From NCBI GenBank assembly GCA_022821065.1, contig JAJEEK010000037.1, forward strand, positions 16,642 to 80,641: 64,000 nucleotides of DNA. Direction: 5' to 3'. The stretch comes from Candidatus Poribacteria bacterium. Lineage in GTDB: Bacteria; Poribacteria; WGA-4E; WGA-3G. A program made the position numbers and the translations under genes. The notes under the pieces were generated by a model. That model made no database searches and was not told the origin of the DNA. It saw only the letters and a program-made list of their open reading frames with translations. This document shows positions 52,593 to 62,747 of the stretch, in pieces; positions within the stretch are counted from its first letter, which is position 1; each line of letters opens with the position of its first letter.

Positions 52593-53819
52593 TTAATATC
52601 CAAACCATTCTTTGATACGTTGCAGGAAGTTTCCGACCCCCCTTTCACGATGCCGAGCGTTCTGTTCCTGTTCTTGACGGCGCAAAGATTCACCATACAG
52701 TGCGAGGCCTATACTTGCGGCATACATTGGGTGGTTTACTCGATCCGTTAATCCTTGTAACCCACGCGGGTAGCCGACCTGTACGCGAAGTTGCAGCATC
52801 GCTTCAGCGAGTTCTTGAAGTCCATCCATAAGGGCGGTGCCTCCGGTAAGTATCAATCCACCTGGAAGCGGTATGTCGCCTAATTCCTCACCGATTACTT
52901 CTAAGATTTCTGCCATTCGGTATTCAATAATTTCTGCCAGTTCGATACGGTCAATGAACCGTGGTGGGTTAGCATCGCTTGTAACGGGGATGGCTCTATC
53001 ATCAGCCGGATCGACCAATTCCGTCCAAGCGCAACCGCGATGAAGTTTGAGTGCCTCCGCTTCAGGGAGGGTAACTTTTAAGTACTGTGCGATATCGTTG
53101 GTAACGTGCTGCCCGCCGACTGGAATGACTGCTGTGTGTTGAATAGAATCTTCTTTGTAAATGATGATTTCAGTTGTTCCGTCTCCGATGTCAACGAGAG
53201 CGATACCGACTTCACGTTCATCTCTTGAAACGACTGTCTGTGTCGCAGCGAGGGGTGCGGCGACAAGCGTCTCTACGATAGGCACGCCAGCCTTTTCAAT
53301 ACTATTAAGCAAATTCTGAATAGCCGTAGTGCCCCCTGTAATGATGTAAGCATAGGCTTCGAGACGCGCCCCGGACATACCGACGGGTTCCCTAATACGA
53401 TCTTGAGCATCGACGACGAAACTTTGTTGGATAACATGCAGTATCTCTCGGTCTGCAGGAATAGAAATCGCTTTCGCCGCGATCATTGCGCGGTCAACAT
53501 CTTCGTATGAAATCTCGGTATTGGCGACTGAAACGACACCGTGCGAAGTCTGTCCAATGATATGTGCTCCGGAAATACCGACACAGACAGCGTCTATCTT
53601 TACACCTGCCATCAATTCCGCGTTAGAGATAGCTTTACGGATTGCTTCGGCGGTCTGGTTGATGTCCACGACAACACCTGCCCGAAGCCCTTCGGCGGGT
53701 GCGTGTCCAACACCGATGACTCCTATCTTCTGGGTACTTCCTTGTAATGTATTTGCAACGATGACCGAAATTTTGCTTGAACCGATATCAAGTCCAGCAA
53801 TAATGTTTTGTTTTGGCAT
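52593..53819 (-). CDS. ftsA: Cell division protein FtsA
   Basis: It has the actin-like ATPase motifs GLDIGSSKISVIV, VDIGDGTTE and LTGGTA, and sits between ftsQ and ftsZ. Confidence 0.95.
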   Translation of the reverse strand: MPKQNIIAGLDIGSSKISVIVANTLQGSTQKIGVIGVGHAPAEGLRAGVVVDINQTAEAIRKAISNAELMAGVKIDAVCVGISGAHIIGQTSHGVVSVANTEISYEDVDRAMIAAKAISIPADREILHVIQQSFVVDAQDRIREPVGMSGARLEAYAYIITGGTTAIQNLLNSIEKAGVPIVETLVAAPLAATQTVVSRDEREVGIALVDIGDGTTEIIIYKEDSIQHTAVIPVGGQHVTNDIAQYLKVTLPEAEALKLHRGCAWTELVDPADDRAIPVTSDANPPRFIDRIELAEIIEYRMAEILEVIGEELGDIPLPGGLILTGGTALMDGLQELAEAMLQLRVQVGYPRGLQGLTDRVNHPMYAASIGLALYGESLRRQEQEQNARHRERGVGNFLQRIKEWFGY

Positions 53820-53903
53820 TTAAGTGCTTCACCTCCTTTTCCATCAAACTTGAAAAGCGATAGCCTCGGAATATTACCGTATATTATTGGTTATAGCACA
53901 CGA

Positions 53904-54797
53904 TTATTGGTTTTTCTTACGTGCTGCCAACCCGCCTAAGTATACTGTATCTTCATATCTTGCATCTAAGTACAGGTGTTCTGGCTTGGTTCCGACACTG
54001 ATAAGTTCAAGTCCATAGGTATTTTGCTGTTTTAAGAACAGCGCAACGTGATGCAGTCCTGATTCGACAGCATCTCCAGCGAGCCAAACAGTCCCTGGAA
54101 AATTATTGAGACGGAGTTTAATCTTCCGTGGATCACTTGCGTCAATATTCTTGATCTGTCTTGCAAGGCTTCGTTCCAAAAGCAAGGCAGTTTTCAGAAT
54201 ATTTAATCCGATGGTGAGCTCAGATATCTTAACGACCGTCCCGACCTTCGGTGACGTATCATTAACGACTCTGAGGACAGCCATGTTTCGGAATTCCTCA
54301 GGGATTGATGAACTCGTTGCAACCTTATCTATATGTTTTAACACATGTCCTTCGCTATCTACCAAAAAAAATGAATAATCTTTACCGTCCGTTGGGTTAA
54401 TTCTCAGAAGCGCGAACGGGGCACGCTCGGTAATTTCAATTGTCAGCATCCGTTTCATTACATTTTTGGTAACGTAGGCATCTTTTATATAACTCAAGTT
54501 TTTTTTCAGATAGGTGGCTGTCTGTTCTTCAGAATCTGTGACGATATTTTGTAGTTTTTTGCCTAAGACATCATAGATTTGTAAATCAGTATAATGCATA
54601 TTACCAGAAAGTTCAAGCGAAACATATTCAGCACCGAAAAAGCTGAGGATCGTTTTAGTGATGAACGCTAAAGTCAATAGGAGAGCGATGGTGAAAACGA
54701 TTCGCCGGAGCTGGTATATTTTGGCATTCGGATGCTTACCGAGTTGCCGTGGTGGCATTGAGTTTTGCCGAGTATATTGTCCACGCTTCTTACGCAA
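53904..54797 (-). CDS. ftsQ: Cell division protein FtsQ/DivIB (POTRA)
   Basis: It has a basic N-terminus, a single TM segment (IVFTIALLLTLAFITKTIL) and a POTRA-like region. It sits between murC and ftsA. Confidence 0.75.
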   Translation of the reverse strand: MRKKRGQYTRQNSMPPRQLGKHPNAKIYQLRRIVFTIALLLTLAFITKTILSFFGAEYVSLELSGNMHYTDLQIYDVLGKKLQNIVTDSEEQTATYLKKNLSYIKDAYVTKNVMKRMLTIEITERAPFALLRINPTDGKDYSFFLVDSEGHVLKHIDKVATSSSIPEEFRNMAVLRVVNDTSPKVGTVVKISELTIGLNILKTALLLERSLARQIKNIDASDPRKIKLRLNNFPGTVWLAGDAVESGLHHVALFLKQQNTYGLELISVGTKPEHLYLDARYEDTVYLGGLAARKKNQ

Positions 54798-54845
54798 GAA
54801 TGAACCCTCTTTTCTGCGTTCTGATAGTTTAGGAGATCCTTTTAC

Positions 54846-56213
54846 TTAATTCGATGCCTGAAGCCTTTTTAAGAATTCACGTCCGATCTTACTAATGTCG
54901 CCGGCACCTAATGTAATCACGAGGTCCTCAGGTTGCGTTATGTCTATGAGAACATCGGTAATCTCATTGGCATCCGGGACATAAAGGACTTGTCGGTGTC
55001 CATGTGCTTGTATTGATTCTGCGAGTTTTTCGGCGGTAACGTTTTCTATAGGGACCTCGCCTGCTCCGTAAATTGATGTAACAATAAGTACATCTGCCTG
55101 ATAAAAGGATCGGGCAAATTCGTCTGCTAAATCTCTGACGCGTTGGTATCGGTGTGGCTGGAAAACTGCGATGATGCGGCGCTTGTAGCCGTCTCGTGCG
55201 CCGCTGAGTGCTGCTTTCAATTTCGCTGGATTATGTGCATAATCGTCAACGACGATGATATCGTTTGCTTCACCGAGTATCTCAAAACGGCGATGAACGC
55301 CTTGGAACGCCTCAAGACTCTCTTGAATCCGGTCAAATGGGACATCAAGTTCGAGGGCGACAGCGATGGCTGCTAAGGAGTTAGAGATGTTGTGCCGTCC
55401 TGGCATTTTGAGATGAATTTCACCGTATAGATGTCCGTTTCTTCGGACCCGATAGCGCGATGTTGGTCCTTCTACGGTAATCCCTTCGGCGATCAAATCC
55501 GCGCGTGTATCGAGACCGTAGGTGATATAGCGTTTCTTAATCCCTGGGATGAATTTTTGGATATTTTCCGAATCCAGGCAGAGTACCGCTGCACCATAGA
55601 ACGGTACTTTATTAATGAATTTGAGAAAGGTTTCGGCGATTTCATCAACGCTGCTGTAATAATCGAGGTGGTCCGCATCAACGGACGTAACGACAGCAAC
55701 TGTTGGATAGAACATCTCGATAGAGCCGTAAGCCTCGTCTGCTTCAATGACCATAACATCGCCTTCACCGGTTCTGGCGTGGCTGCCGTCTACGAGTTTC
55801 CCGCCAACGACGACCGTCGGGTCAAGGCTGCTAAGGACTGTCGCTGTCATAGCGGTGGTAGTTGTTTTCCCGTGTGTTCCACTGATTGCTACGCTATAGC
55901 GCATGCGTGTGATCTCGTTGAGCATCTCTGCGCCTCTAACGATTGGAATATTTGAAGCCTTTGCAGCAATAAGTTCTGGATTATCGACTGGAATCGCTGG
56001 CGAAATGACGACAACATCGGCACCGTGTACGTGCGACGCGGCATGCTTATAATGGATAGTCGCCCCGCGTTTACGCAAATGTTCTGTCGTGTATGACTCC
56101 CGAATATCTGATCCTGTTACATGAAACCCAAGATCGAGCAGAATTTCAGTGATTCCACTTAAACCTGCACCGCCGATACCGATGATATGTATGTGTCGTG
56201 TTTTTCCAAACAT
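54846..56213 (-). CDS. murC: UDP-N-acetylmuramate--L-alanine ligase
   Basis: [28 protein letters not shown] and [11 protein letters not shown] are MurC-like. Start set at MFGKTRHIH so it does not overlap murG. Confidence 0.93.
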   Translation of the reverse strand: [455 protein letters not shown]

Positions 56214-56235
56214 TTTTTTCCTTAATAAAAGTTCG

Positions 56236-57465
56236 TTAAGCGTGCGAAAGAATAGATTTAGCAATATCATCGCTGGCGTGAGGCTTACCGAGTGCGCGGC
56301 TCGCGATAACCATCCGTTCGTGCGTATTTATGTCGAGTAGGGTGCTGGTCAGTTTTTCGACAAGCGTTTCTATTGTAAATTTTCCTTGTTCCAACACGAC
56401 AGCGGCACCTTCTTTGGCGACACTGTGTGCGTTTAGGACTTGGTCGTTTCCGGTTTGTGAGGGTAAAGGTATAAAGATGGCTGGAATACCACATGCGGTG
56501 ACTTCAGCGACAGTCATTCCACCTGCCCGGCAGATCATAACGTCGGCGATACTGTAGATTTCTTCAACGGTATCAAAGAAAGGACGCACACAGTGTAAGA
56601 ACTTACCGTCTAATCCGGTGTGTTTTTCATATTCGCTTTGAACTATTGCTGCCTCATCTGCGCCGGTTTGGTGAACGATTTGGATTTGTCCAGCAAGTTT
56701 GAGCAGGTGTGGCAGTGCGGCAACAACAGCCTCATTAATCGTCCGAGCGCCTTGGCTTCCGCCCATCACAAAGACAGTTTTTAGGTCTGGCGATAGCCCG
56801 AATTTCTTATACGTTTCGGTATTTCTCGAAAATTCGGCGATGGCTGGCCGGATCGGGTTTCCGGTGACCTCAATATGTTTTGTGTGTCGGAACGCGTTGT
56901 TCTCGCGCGCAGATGCCATAGCGAGGTAGACTGCCTTCGCCCAGCGTGCTAAGACACCATTCGTTAAACCGACAGAAGCGTTCTGTTCTTGGATCACTAT
57001 CGGAATTCTACGGAGGAGCGCAGCTAAAAGCACTGGCCCGGAAACATATCCACCAGTTCCGATAACGATGTCCGGTTTCAGCTGCGTCATATACTGCAAA
57101 GATTGGGTAAGTCCACGAATCGCCTTCCAGATTACGGGCCCCCATTCGAGCGTTATGCGTCTCGGGAAACCGGCGGCTGAAATAGGTAGGAAACGGAAAC
57201 CGTGTTTCGGGACCAGCGTTGATTCCAATTTGCCGGCACCACCAACGAATACAATGTCCACTGTGTCATCCAAGCGTTGCAATGCTTGAGCAATGCCAAT
57301 CGCCGGATAGATGTGGCCACCTGTGCCGCCACCGGCGATGACGACGCTCTTCGACGTTTCTATGTGCTGGAGTGCCGCTGTATCATGACGACTTGTCTCT
57401 GATATATTTGTATCGTAATGTTTAGAAGTAACCATAGTTGAACCTATCGAAACGCCATCTGACAT
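56236..57465 (-). CDS. murG: Undecaprenyldiphospho-muramoylpentapeptide beta-N-acetylglucosaminyltransferase
   Basis: IAGGGTGGHIYPAIGIA and GGSQGARTIN are MurG-like, with a C-terminal GT-B fold. The exact start is uncertain. Confidence 0.9.
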   Translation of the reverse strand: MSDGVSIGSTMVTSKHYDTNISETSRHDTAALQHIETSKSVVIAGGGTGGHIYPAIGIAQALQRLDDTVDIVFVGGAGKLESTLVPKHGFRFLPISAAGFPRRITLEWGPVIWKAIRGLTQSLQYMTQLKPDIVIGTGGYVSGPVLLAALLRRIPIVIQEQNASVGLTNGVLARWAKAVYLAMASARENNAFRHTKHIEVTGNPIRPAIAEFSRNTETYKKFGLSPDLKTVFVMGGSQGARTINEAVVAALPHLLKLAGQIQIVHQTGADEAAIVQSEYEKHTGLDGKFLHCVRPFFDTVEEIYSIADVMICRAGGMTVAEVTACGIPAIFIPLPSQTGNDQVLNAHSVAKEGAAVVLEQGKFTIETLVEKLTSTLLDINTHERMVIASRALGKPHASDDIAKSILSHA

Positions 57466-57482
57466 AATCGGTTAATTGGGTC

Positions 57483-58751
57483 TTATTCAGTCTCCCGATT
57501 CATACCCCTTGAAATATTGAGAAGGATGCCGACACTCAATAAGCTGAGAACGATTGACGAACCGCCATAACTGATAAAAGGTAACGTGATCCCTTTCGTC
57601 GGTAGCAGGCCTGTCACAACACCGATGTTGATAAAGGCTTGCAAACCGATTAAAGTTGTGATACCGATAGCGAGCAGGGATCCGAAATGGTCACTCGTAT
57701 AGCGGGCGATGTGAAGTCCTCGCCAGATAAATAACATAAAAATGATTGTTACAGCTGCGGCACCGATAAAGCCGAATTCTTCTCCTAACACGGCAAAGAT
57801 AAAATCGGTGTGTGGGTAAGGCAGCCGTGAGATTTTTTGTAAGCTGCTATCGAGTCCCAATCCGAGGAGACCGCCGCCTTCAAGAGCATCGAGTGAGCGT
57901 GTGAGTTGGTAATTGGTTGCATCCGGCGATTTCAACATTGCGACATAGTCCATGAGTCGTTTCAGTTTATATGAATCTCGGGCGATGAGTAAACTGAGAC
58001 ACCCGACGCCGATGCCAGAAAGTGTTAGCACGTGCCAGATACGCATCCCACCAACAAAGAGTACGATGCATACGGTTACTGCCAACAAGAACGCCGACCC
58101 GAAATCTGGTTGGCTTACGACAAGCCCAAAAGCGGCAGCAATAATCAGGATATTCGGAAGTACACCGTTAAAGAAGCTCTTAATGCGTTCCGGGTTACGG
58201 CTGATGAAATTCGCGACGTGTATGACCAATGCTATTTTGGCAAGTTCGACGGGTTGGAAGTTGATCGGTAAATTTCCGATACGGATCCAACGTCGAAATC
58301 TCCCACCTTCGGCCCCTTGTACACTTGATCCTAAACTTGGCACGAAAACCAATAACAACATGACGAAAGAGAGTATTAAAAAGAGGTTCGCATATCTTGC
58401 ATAAAACTTATAAGGTAGATAAGAAGCCATGTACATACCGACTAAACCGAGTACACATGCGATGATATGTATTTGCAGGTATCGGAAACTGTATCCGTCA
58501 TAGTGTCTGGAAGAGAGGAGATGGCTGGAGCTGTATACCATCAAAACACCGATCGCAACGAGACAGAGAGTCACTGCTAATAACACTTTGTCCATTCGCC
58601 CCTGTTTCCCCGGAGATAGTGTGTCGAATATTGGTTCCTGCTCTTTTTCACGCTCAAAATAGTCGCGTGTGTTTGTCCACCAGGGTCCAGGTTTTCGTTT
58701 CGTCTTGAAATTCTTCCTGCTGCGGGAAGAATTCTGGTAACTTCGGAACAT
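57483..58751 (-). CDS. ftsW: SEDS-family peptidoglycan polymerase FtsW
   Basis: It is a multi-TM SEDS protein with motifs QPVELAKIALVI, PDFGSA, HTDFIFAVLGEEFGFIG and TKGITLPFISYGGSS. Start at ATG 58751, preceded by AAGGAAGGA. Confidence 0.88.
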   Translation of the reverse strand: MFRSYQNSSRSRKNFKTKRKPGPWWTNTRDYFEREKEQEPIFDTLSPGKQGRMDKVLLAVTLCLVAIGVLMVYSSSHLLSSRHYDGYSFRYLQIHIIACVLGLVGMYMASYLPYKFYARYANLFLILSFVMLLLVFVPSLGSSVQGAEGGRFRRWIRIGNLPINFQPVELAKIALVIHVANFISRNPERIKSFFNGVLPNILIIAAAFGLVVSQPDFGSAFLLAVTVCIVLFVGGMRIWHVLTLSGIGVGCLSLLIARDSYKLKRLMDYVAMLKSPDATNYQLTRSLDALEGGGLLGLGLDSSLQKISRLPYPHTDFIFAVLGEEFGFIGAAAVTIIFMLFIWRGLHIARYTSDHFGSLLAIGITTLIGLQAFINIGVVTGLLPTKGITLPFISYGGSSIVLSLLSVGILLNISRGMNRETE

Positions 58752-58815
58752 CGTGACGTTTTTCCTTCCTTGTGTTACTTGAGATCCAAAGAGCCGGTTT
58801 GTTGCGTATTTTTTA

Positions 58816-60228
58816 TCAAATCGGTTGAAGGGCATTAACGGCTGCTTTAAAGTCAGCACCGCGTGCCTTATAATCTGTGTACATATCAAAACTTGCATTT
58901 GCTGGTGACAACAGGACGATGTCTCCGGGTGCTGCATTTTTGTAGGCAAGCTGCACAGCTTCTGCCATTGTTTTTGCGTTTATTATATCTGTGGTATTGA
59001 CAAGGGTTTTTTCAATCTGTTGCGTGTATTCACCGAGCATCACAGCGGTCTTGACCCGCTCTTTAACAAGTTGACGTAGCGGTGTATAGTCGTTCCCCTT
59101 ATCGTAGCCCCCCATTATCAAGATAATGTTTGAGTTCTCGATTGCTTCGAGTGCTGCCTTAACTGCTGCGACATTTGTCGCCTTCGAGTCGTCTATGAAT
59201 TCGATGCCTGTCAAAGTTCTCACGGGTTCAAAAGCGTGAGATAGTGCAGGATGTGATCGATCAAATGTCTGTAGTGCTTGCTGAATTTGGGGCTCCGTCG
59301 CGCCGAAAATCAGTCCAACAGCAATTGCGGCGAGGACGTTCTGTACGTTGTGTGCCCCGCGAAGTGGGCTATCAGCGACATCACACACCTTCTTACGGGT
59401 ACCGTCCAATAGTGTAAACAGTCCTGTCCCATCTCGAAACACGCTTGGGAACGTCGAATTTTCAGGTGGACCCGTGTCAGTAAAATAAACGACTTTCGCC
59501 GCTGTTGATACAGCGAAATCGTTGAGAGTTGGATCCGAACCGTTGAGGATCATCCAGTCGGCAGGTGTCTGATTATCCGTAATTTTCTGTTTTGCTGCGC
59601 GATAGGCAGCCATCGTTTTGTGGCGGTCTAAGTGATCGCGTGATAGATTCAGTACGACACTGACCTTCGGATGAAAGGTAACGGTACTTTCTAACTGAAA
59701 GCTGCTCGCCTCAACCACAACGATGTCTCTATCTGTAAGGTTTTGCACCTCCGCTGTCAACGGGACACCAATGTTTCCTGCGACGCACACGTTTGAGAAC
59801 CGGTCGGTAGCCTTTAGGATTGCTGCCGTAAGGAGTGTCGTTGTCGATTTTCCTTTTGTGCCAGTGATTGCGACAATCGGTGCTGTGCATCTGCTTGCAG
59901 CGACTTCCAATTCTGCGAGGATCGGGAGGTTTCGTGCCCGCGCTTCACAAAGAATTGGAATCTCAAGTGGCACCCCTGGTGAGACGACTATAAAATCCGC
60001 TTCAGCGATGCATTCTGGCGGATGTCCACCCAAAAATTTTCGATACGGGCTGCCGGCTTGCTCCGAATTCTGCGAGTTGTCTAACGCAGCGATTTCTGTT
60101 GACAGTGTGTCAGCGGTGCGTGTGTCTGTAACCGTAACAGTAGCACCGGATGTCTGTAGTAATTGTGCAGCGGCGACACCACTTCGATTTATCCCAAAAA
60201 CTGTGACCTGTTTTCCTCGTAATTGCAC
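58816..60228 (-). CDS. murD: UDP-N-acetylmuramoylalanine--D-glutamate ligase
   Basis: It has the Mur ligase P-loop ITGTKGKSTTT and the N-terminal Rossmann VTVFGINRSGVAAAQLL. It sits between mraY and ftsW. Confidence 0.92.
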   Translation of the reverse strand: MQLRGKQVTVFGINRSGVAAAQLLQTSGATVTVTDTRTADTLSTEIAALDNSQNSEQAGSPYRKFLGGHPPECIAEADFIVVSPGVPLEIPILCEARARNLPILAELEVAASRCTAPIVAITGTKGKSTTTLLTAAILKATDRFSNVCVAGNIGVPLTAEVQNLTDRDIVVVEASSFQLESTVTFHPKVSVVLNLSRDHLDRHKTMAAYRAAKQKITDNQTPADWMILNGSDPTLNDFAVSTAAKVVYFTDTGPPENSTFPSVFRDGTGLFTLLDGTRKKVCDVADSPLRGAHNVQNVLAAIAVGLIFGATEPQIQQALQTFDRSHPALSHAFEPVRTLTGIEFIDDSKATNVAAVKAALEAIENSNIILIMGGYDKGNDYTPLRQLVKERVKTAVMLGEYTQQIEKTLVNTTDIINAKTMAEAVQLAYKNAAPGDIVLLSPANASFDMYTDYKARGADFKAAVNALQPI

Positions 60229-60262
60229 GCAAAAGCCCCCAACGCGTGGTGCAAAGCGACAC

Positions 60263-61366
60263 CTACCGGAGTTTCAATGTACTCAAAGCGATTAAAACTA
60301 AGATGAGTCCGACAATCAAAAACCTGATAACAACTTTAGATTCCTTCCAACCGGAGAGCAGGAAATGATAGTGAATCGGCGACATCTTGAATACGCGTTT
60401 GCCGAATGTGCGGTATGACCAGACCTGAATGATAACCGATAGTGTCTCAGCAACGAAAATAGCGCCGACAATCAGAAGTAGAAACTCTTGTTTTATAAGG
60501 ACAGCCACGGTTCCGAGCGTCGCTCCGAGTGCTAAAGAGCCAGTATCTCCCATAAAGACTTGCGCGGGATGCCCATTATACCATAGGAATCCTAAGCCTG
60601 CGCCGACCAGTGAAGCACAGAAAACCGTCGCAACTTCGCCGCTTACTGGTAGGTGGAAGATATTCAGATACGCTGCGATCTCATTGTGGCTCGTCATGTA
60701 GCCGACTATGCCTAAAGTTCCGGCAACGAACAGCGTGCAGCCTATCGCGAGTCCATCCATTCCGTCTGTAAGATTGACGGCATTAGAGGCCCCGACAATG
60801 ACCAAAGTTGCGAACGGAATAAATAGGATGCCTAAATTTGGCTGGACATCTTTGAAAAAAGGGAGCGTCAGCACTGTTCGTGTTGCCGGATCATCGGCGT
60901 GCATCGGTCCCCATTTATAGAGATACCCGGCGATCGCCAGTGCCCCTATTGTTTGAAGTACGATCTTATGCCATCCGCGCAGCCCTAAGGACTGCTGTTT
61001 TAGCAGTTTGCTGTAATCATCAAGAAACCCGAGTCCGCCAAACCAGAGGGTCGCCAAAATCATCAGGTAGATGTAGTGCTGGTCCAACCGTGACCAAAAT
61101 ATCACCGATATTAGCACGGAGACGATGATGAGGACGCCGCCCATCGTTGGGGTTCCGGCTTTGCTTTGGTAATCTTTGGGTCCTTCTTCGCGTATATGTT
61201 CGCCGATCCGAAGCTGCTTGAGCCGTCTTATCATGAATGGGCCCAAGACGAGGGCAATGATAAGCGATGTTGCCGTTGCATAAATAGCACGAAAACTGAT
61301 ATAACGAAAGACGTTGAATGGCGAAAAAATATCGACGAGATTCTCGTACAGGAACTGGTAAAACAT
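60263..61366 (-). CDS. mraY: Phospho-N-acetylmuramoyl-pentapeptide transferase
   Basis: The motifs KAGTPTMGG, LGFLDDY, NAVNLTDGMDGLA, VFMGDTGSLALG and MSPIHYHF match MraY. Confidence 0.95.
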   Translation of the reverse strand: MFYQFLYENLVDIFSPFNVFRYISFRAIYATATSLIIALVLGPFMIRRLKQLRIGEHIREEGPKDYQSKAGTPTMGGVLIIVSVLISVIFWSRLDQHYIYLMILATLWFGGLGFLDDYSKLLKQQSLGLRGWHKIVLQTIGALAIAGYLYKWGPMHADDPATRTVLTLPFFKDVQPNLGILFIPFATLVIVGASNAVNLTDGMDGLAIGCTLFVAGTLGIVGYMTSHNEIAAYLNIFHLPVSGEVATVFCASLVGAGLGFLWYNGHPAQVFMGDTGSLALGATLGTVAVLIKQEFLLLIVGAIFVAETLSVIIQVWSYRTFGKRVFKMSPIHYHFLLSGWKESKVVIRFLIVGLILVLIALSTLKLR

Positions 61367-61407
61367 TTTATTCTACAAGAAAAGCATCAGCGATTTTGTA
61401 ATTTGAT

Positions 61408-62613
61408 TTACGCCGTATCTCCGAGCTTGTTATCCCTTTTCAATTTGGAAAAGCTTGCATCTGCTTGGCTTAGGAGATTCGTCGTATAAGTATAAGTTAA
61501 TGTATTTTTCTCTGCGTGCGTTGCAAACGCTAAGTCAATCAGTTCCGATACCAATTGCGGGAATTCAATACCTTGATGTGCCCACAAATAATAGCCATAC
61601 GAACCGGGGATCGTATTAATTTCATTGACGTAGACATTTTCATCGGCATCTACGAGGAAATCAATACGTGCGACACCGGCACAATCTAAAACCTGAAAGG
61701 TGCGTTCTGCAAGCTGCTGTATATGTAACGTTAGTTCTTCTGAAATGGGTGCAGGAATTTTCCGATCTGCACCTGCCATCCCTGAAGATTCATCTTCTTG
61801 ATGGATATATTTATCATCAAAGCTGAGGAAGTTCGCTGCTGTTATCGGTTGCTCGCATACGGAGATCGTTGGTTCGTCTGTTCCCATTACGGCACAATTA
61901 ATTTCAAGCGGGTCCTCAACGGCTTGTTCAGCGAGCATCCTCCGCGAGTAGTGTCCGGCGACCTCAATAGCACTGAGCAGCTCATCCTGATTTTTGACAT
62001 GGGCGACCCCGATACTGGAGCCTCCCATCGCAGGTTTGACAAAAAGCGGATAGGAGAGCGTTGTCTCGACATCTTCAATGATCGCGCCAGCTCCGATTTC
62101 CCACTCTTGCTGATCCCACCACACATAAGGAAGTACAGGGAGTTGATTTTCGTTGAAAATCGCTTTCATCACGATTTTATCCATACCGACAGCTGAGCCG
62201 ACTACCCCGGCACCAACATACGGTAGATTCATGAGTTCTAACAGACCTTGGAGGGTTCCGTCTTCGCCATGCATCCCGTGTATCGCCGGAAAAACAACGT
62301 CTACCGGAAGAACAGTCCGCTTGCGGAGGTTCTGACCAAGCCAATGTTTGGAATTGACAACAAATTTCGGTTCCGGATGGAATTCGACGGTAACTTTGTC
62401 GAAATCAGACGGATGTGGTAGAGAACCTCCAGTGAAGGTGGATAAATCGTGAAGTGCGTCGCCTGTCAGCCATTCACCGTTCTTCGTGACGTAAATAGGG
62501 ATGACATTATGGTTCTCTTGCAAAGCGAGGCAGACCTGGTGTGCGGTTACGATTGAGACTTCGTGTTCAGGTGTGCGTCCGCCAAATATAAGGGCTACAT
62601 TGTATTTTGACAT
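61408..62613 (-). CDS. ddl: D-alanine--D-alanine ligase (long form)
   Basis: VALIFGGRTPEHEVSI and HGMHGEDGTLQGLLELMNLPYVG are Ddl-like. It has the ATP-grasp fold and EINTIPG. Confidence 0.92.
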   Translation of the reverse strand: MSKYNVALIFGGRTPEHEVSIVTAHQVCLALQENHNVIPIYVTKNGEWLTGDALHDLSTFTGGSLPHPSDFDKVTVEFHPEPKFVVNSKHWLGQNLRKRTVLPVDVVFPAIHGMHGEDGTLQGLLELMNLPYVGAGVVGSAVGMDKIVMKAIFNENQLPVLPYVWWDQQEWEIGAGAIIEDVETTLSYPLFVKPAMGGSSIGVAHVKNQDELLSAIEVAGHYSRRMLAEQAVEDPLEINCAVMGTDEPTISVCEQPITAANFLSFDDKYIHQEDESSGMAGADRKIPAPISEELTLHIQQLAERTFQVLDCAGVARIDFLVDADENVYVNEINTIPGSYGYYLWAHQGIEFPQLVSELIDLAFATHAEKNTLTYTYTTNLLSQADASFSKLKRDNKLGDTA

Positions 62614-62672
62614 ATTTATTAAGTAGTTGTCAGTTATCAGTACGGTTTATCTGCGAGACACCTTTCAGTTAT

Positions 62673-62736
62673 CAGTTAAAGAGGGTTGCTGTGGCAGGAG
62701 CATCATCTATAACTGCCACAGGTTGTCTCTTAACTG
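62673..62736. repeat. Long imperfect hairpin in the murF-ddl spacer
   Basis: The outer stem is CAGTTAA(A)GAG / CTCTTAACTG. The inner stem is CTGTGGCAG / CTGCCACAG (9 bp) around a 15-nt loop. Copies of the GTCAGTTATCAG motif flank it. Confidence 0.5.
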
Positions 62737-62747
62737 GTAACCGATAC

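Noticed and set aside
59723-60295. 190 aa plus-strand ORF antisense to murD, and comparable ORFs antisense to murG, murC, ftsW, ddl and murF.
   Set aside because: They lie inside genes with clear Mur-ligase or SEDS motifs, and they have no start context or recognisable domains.
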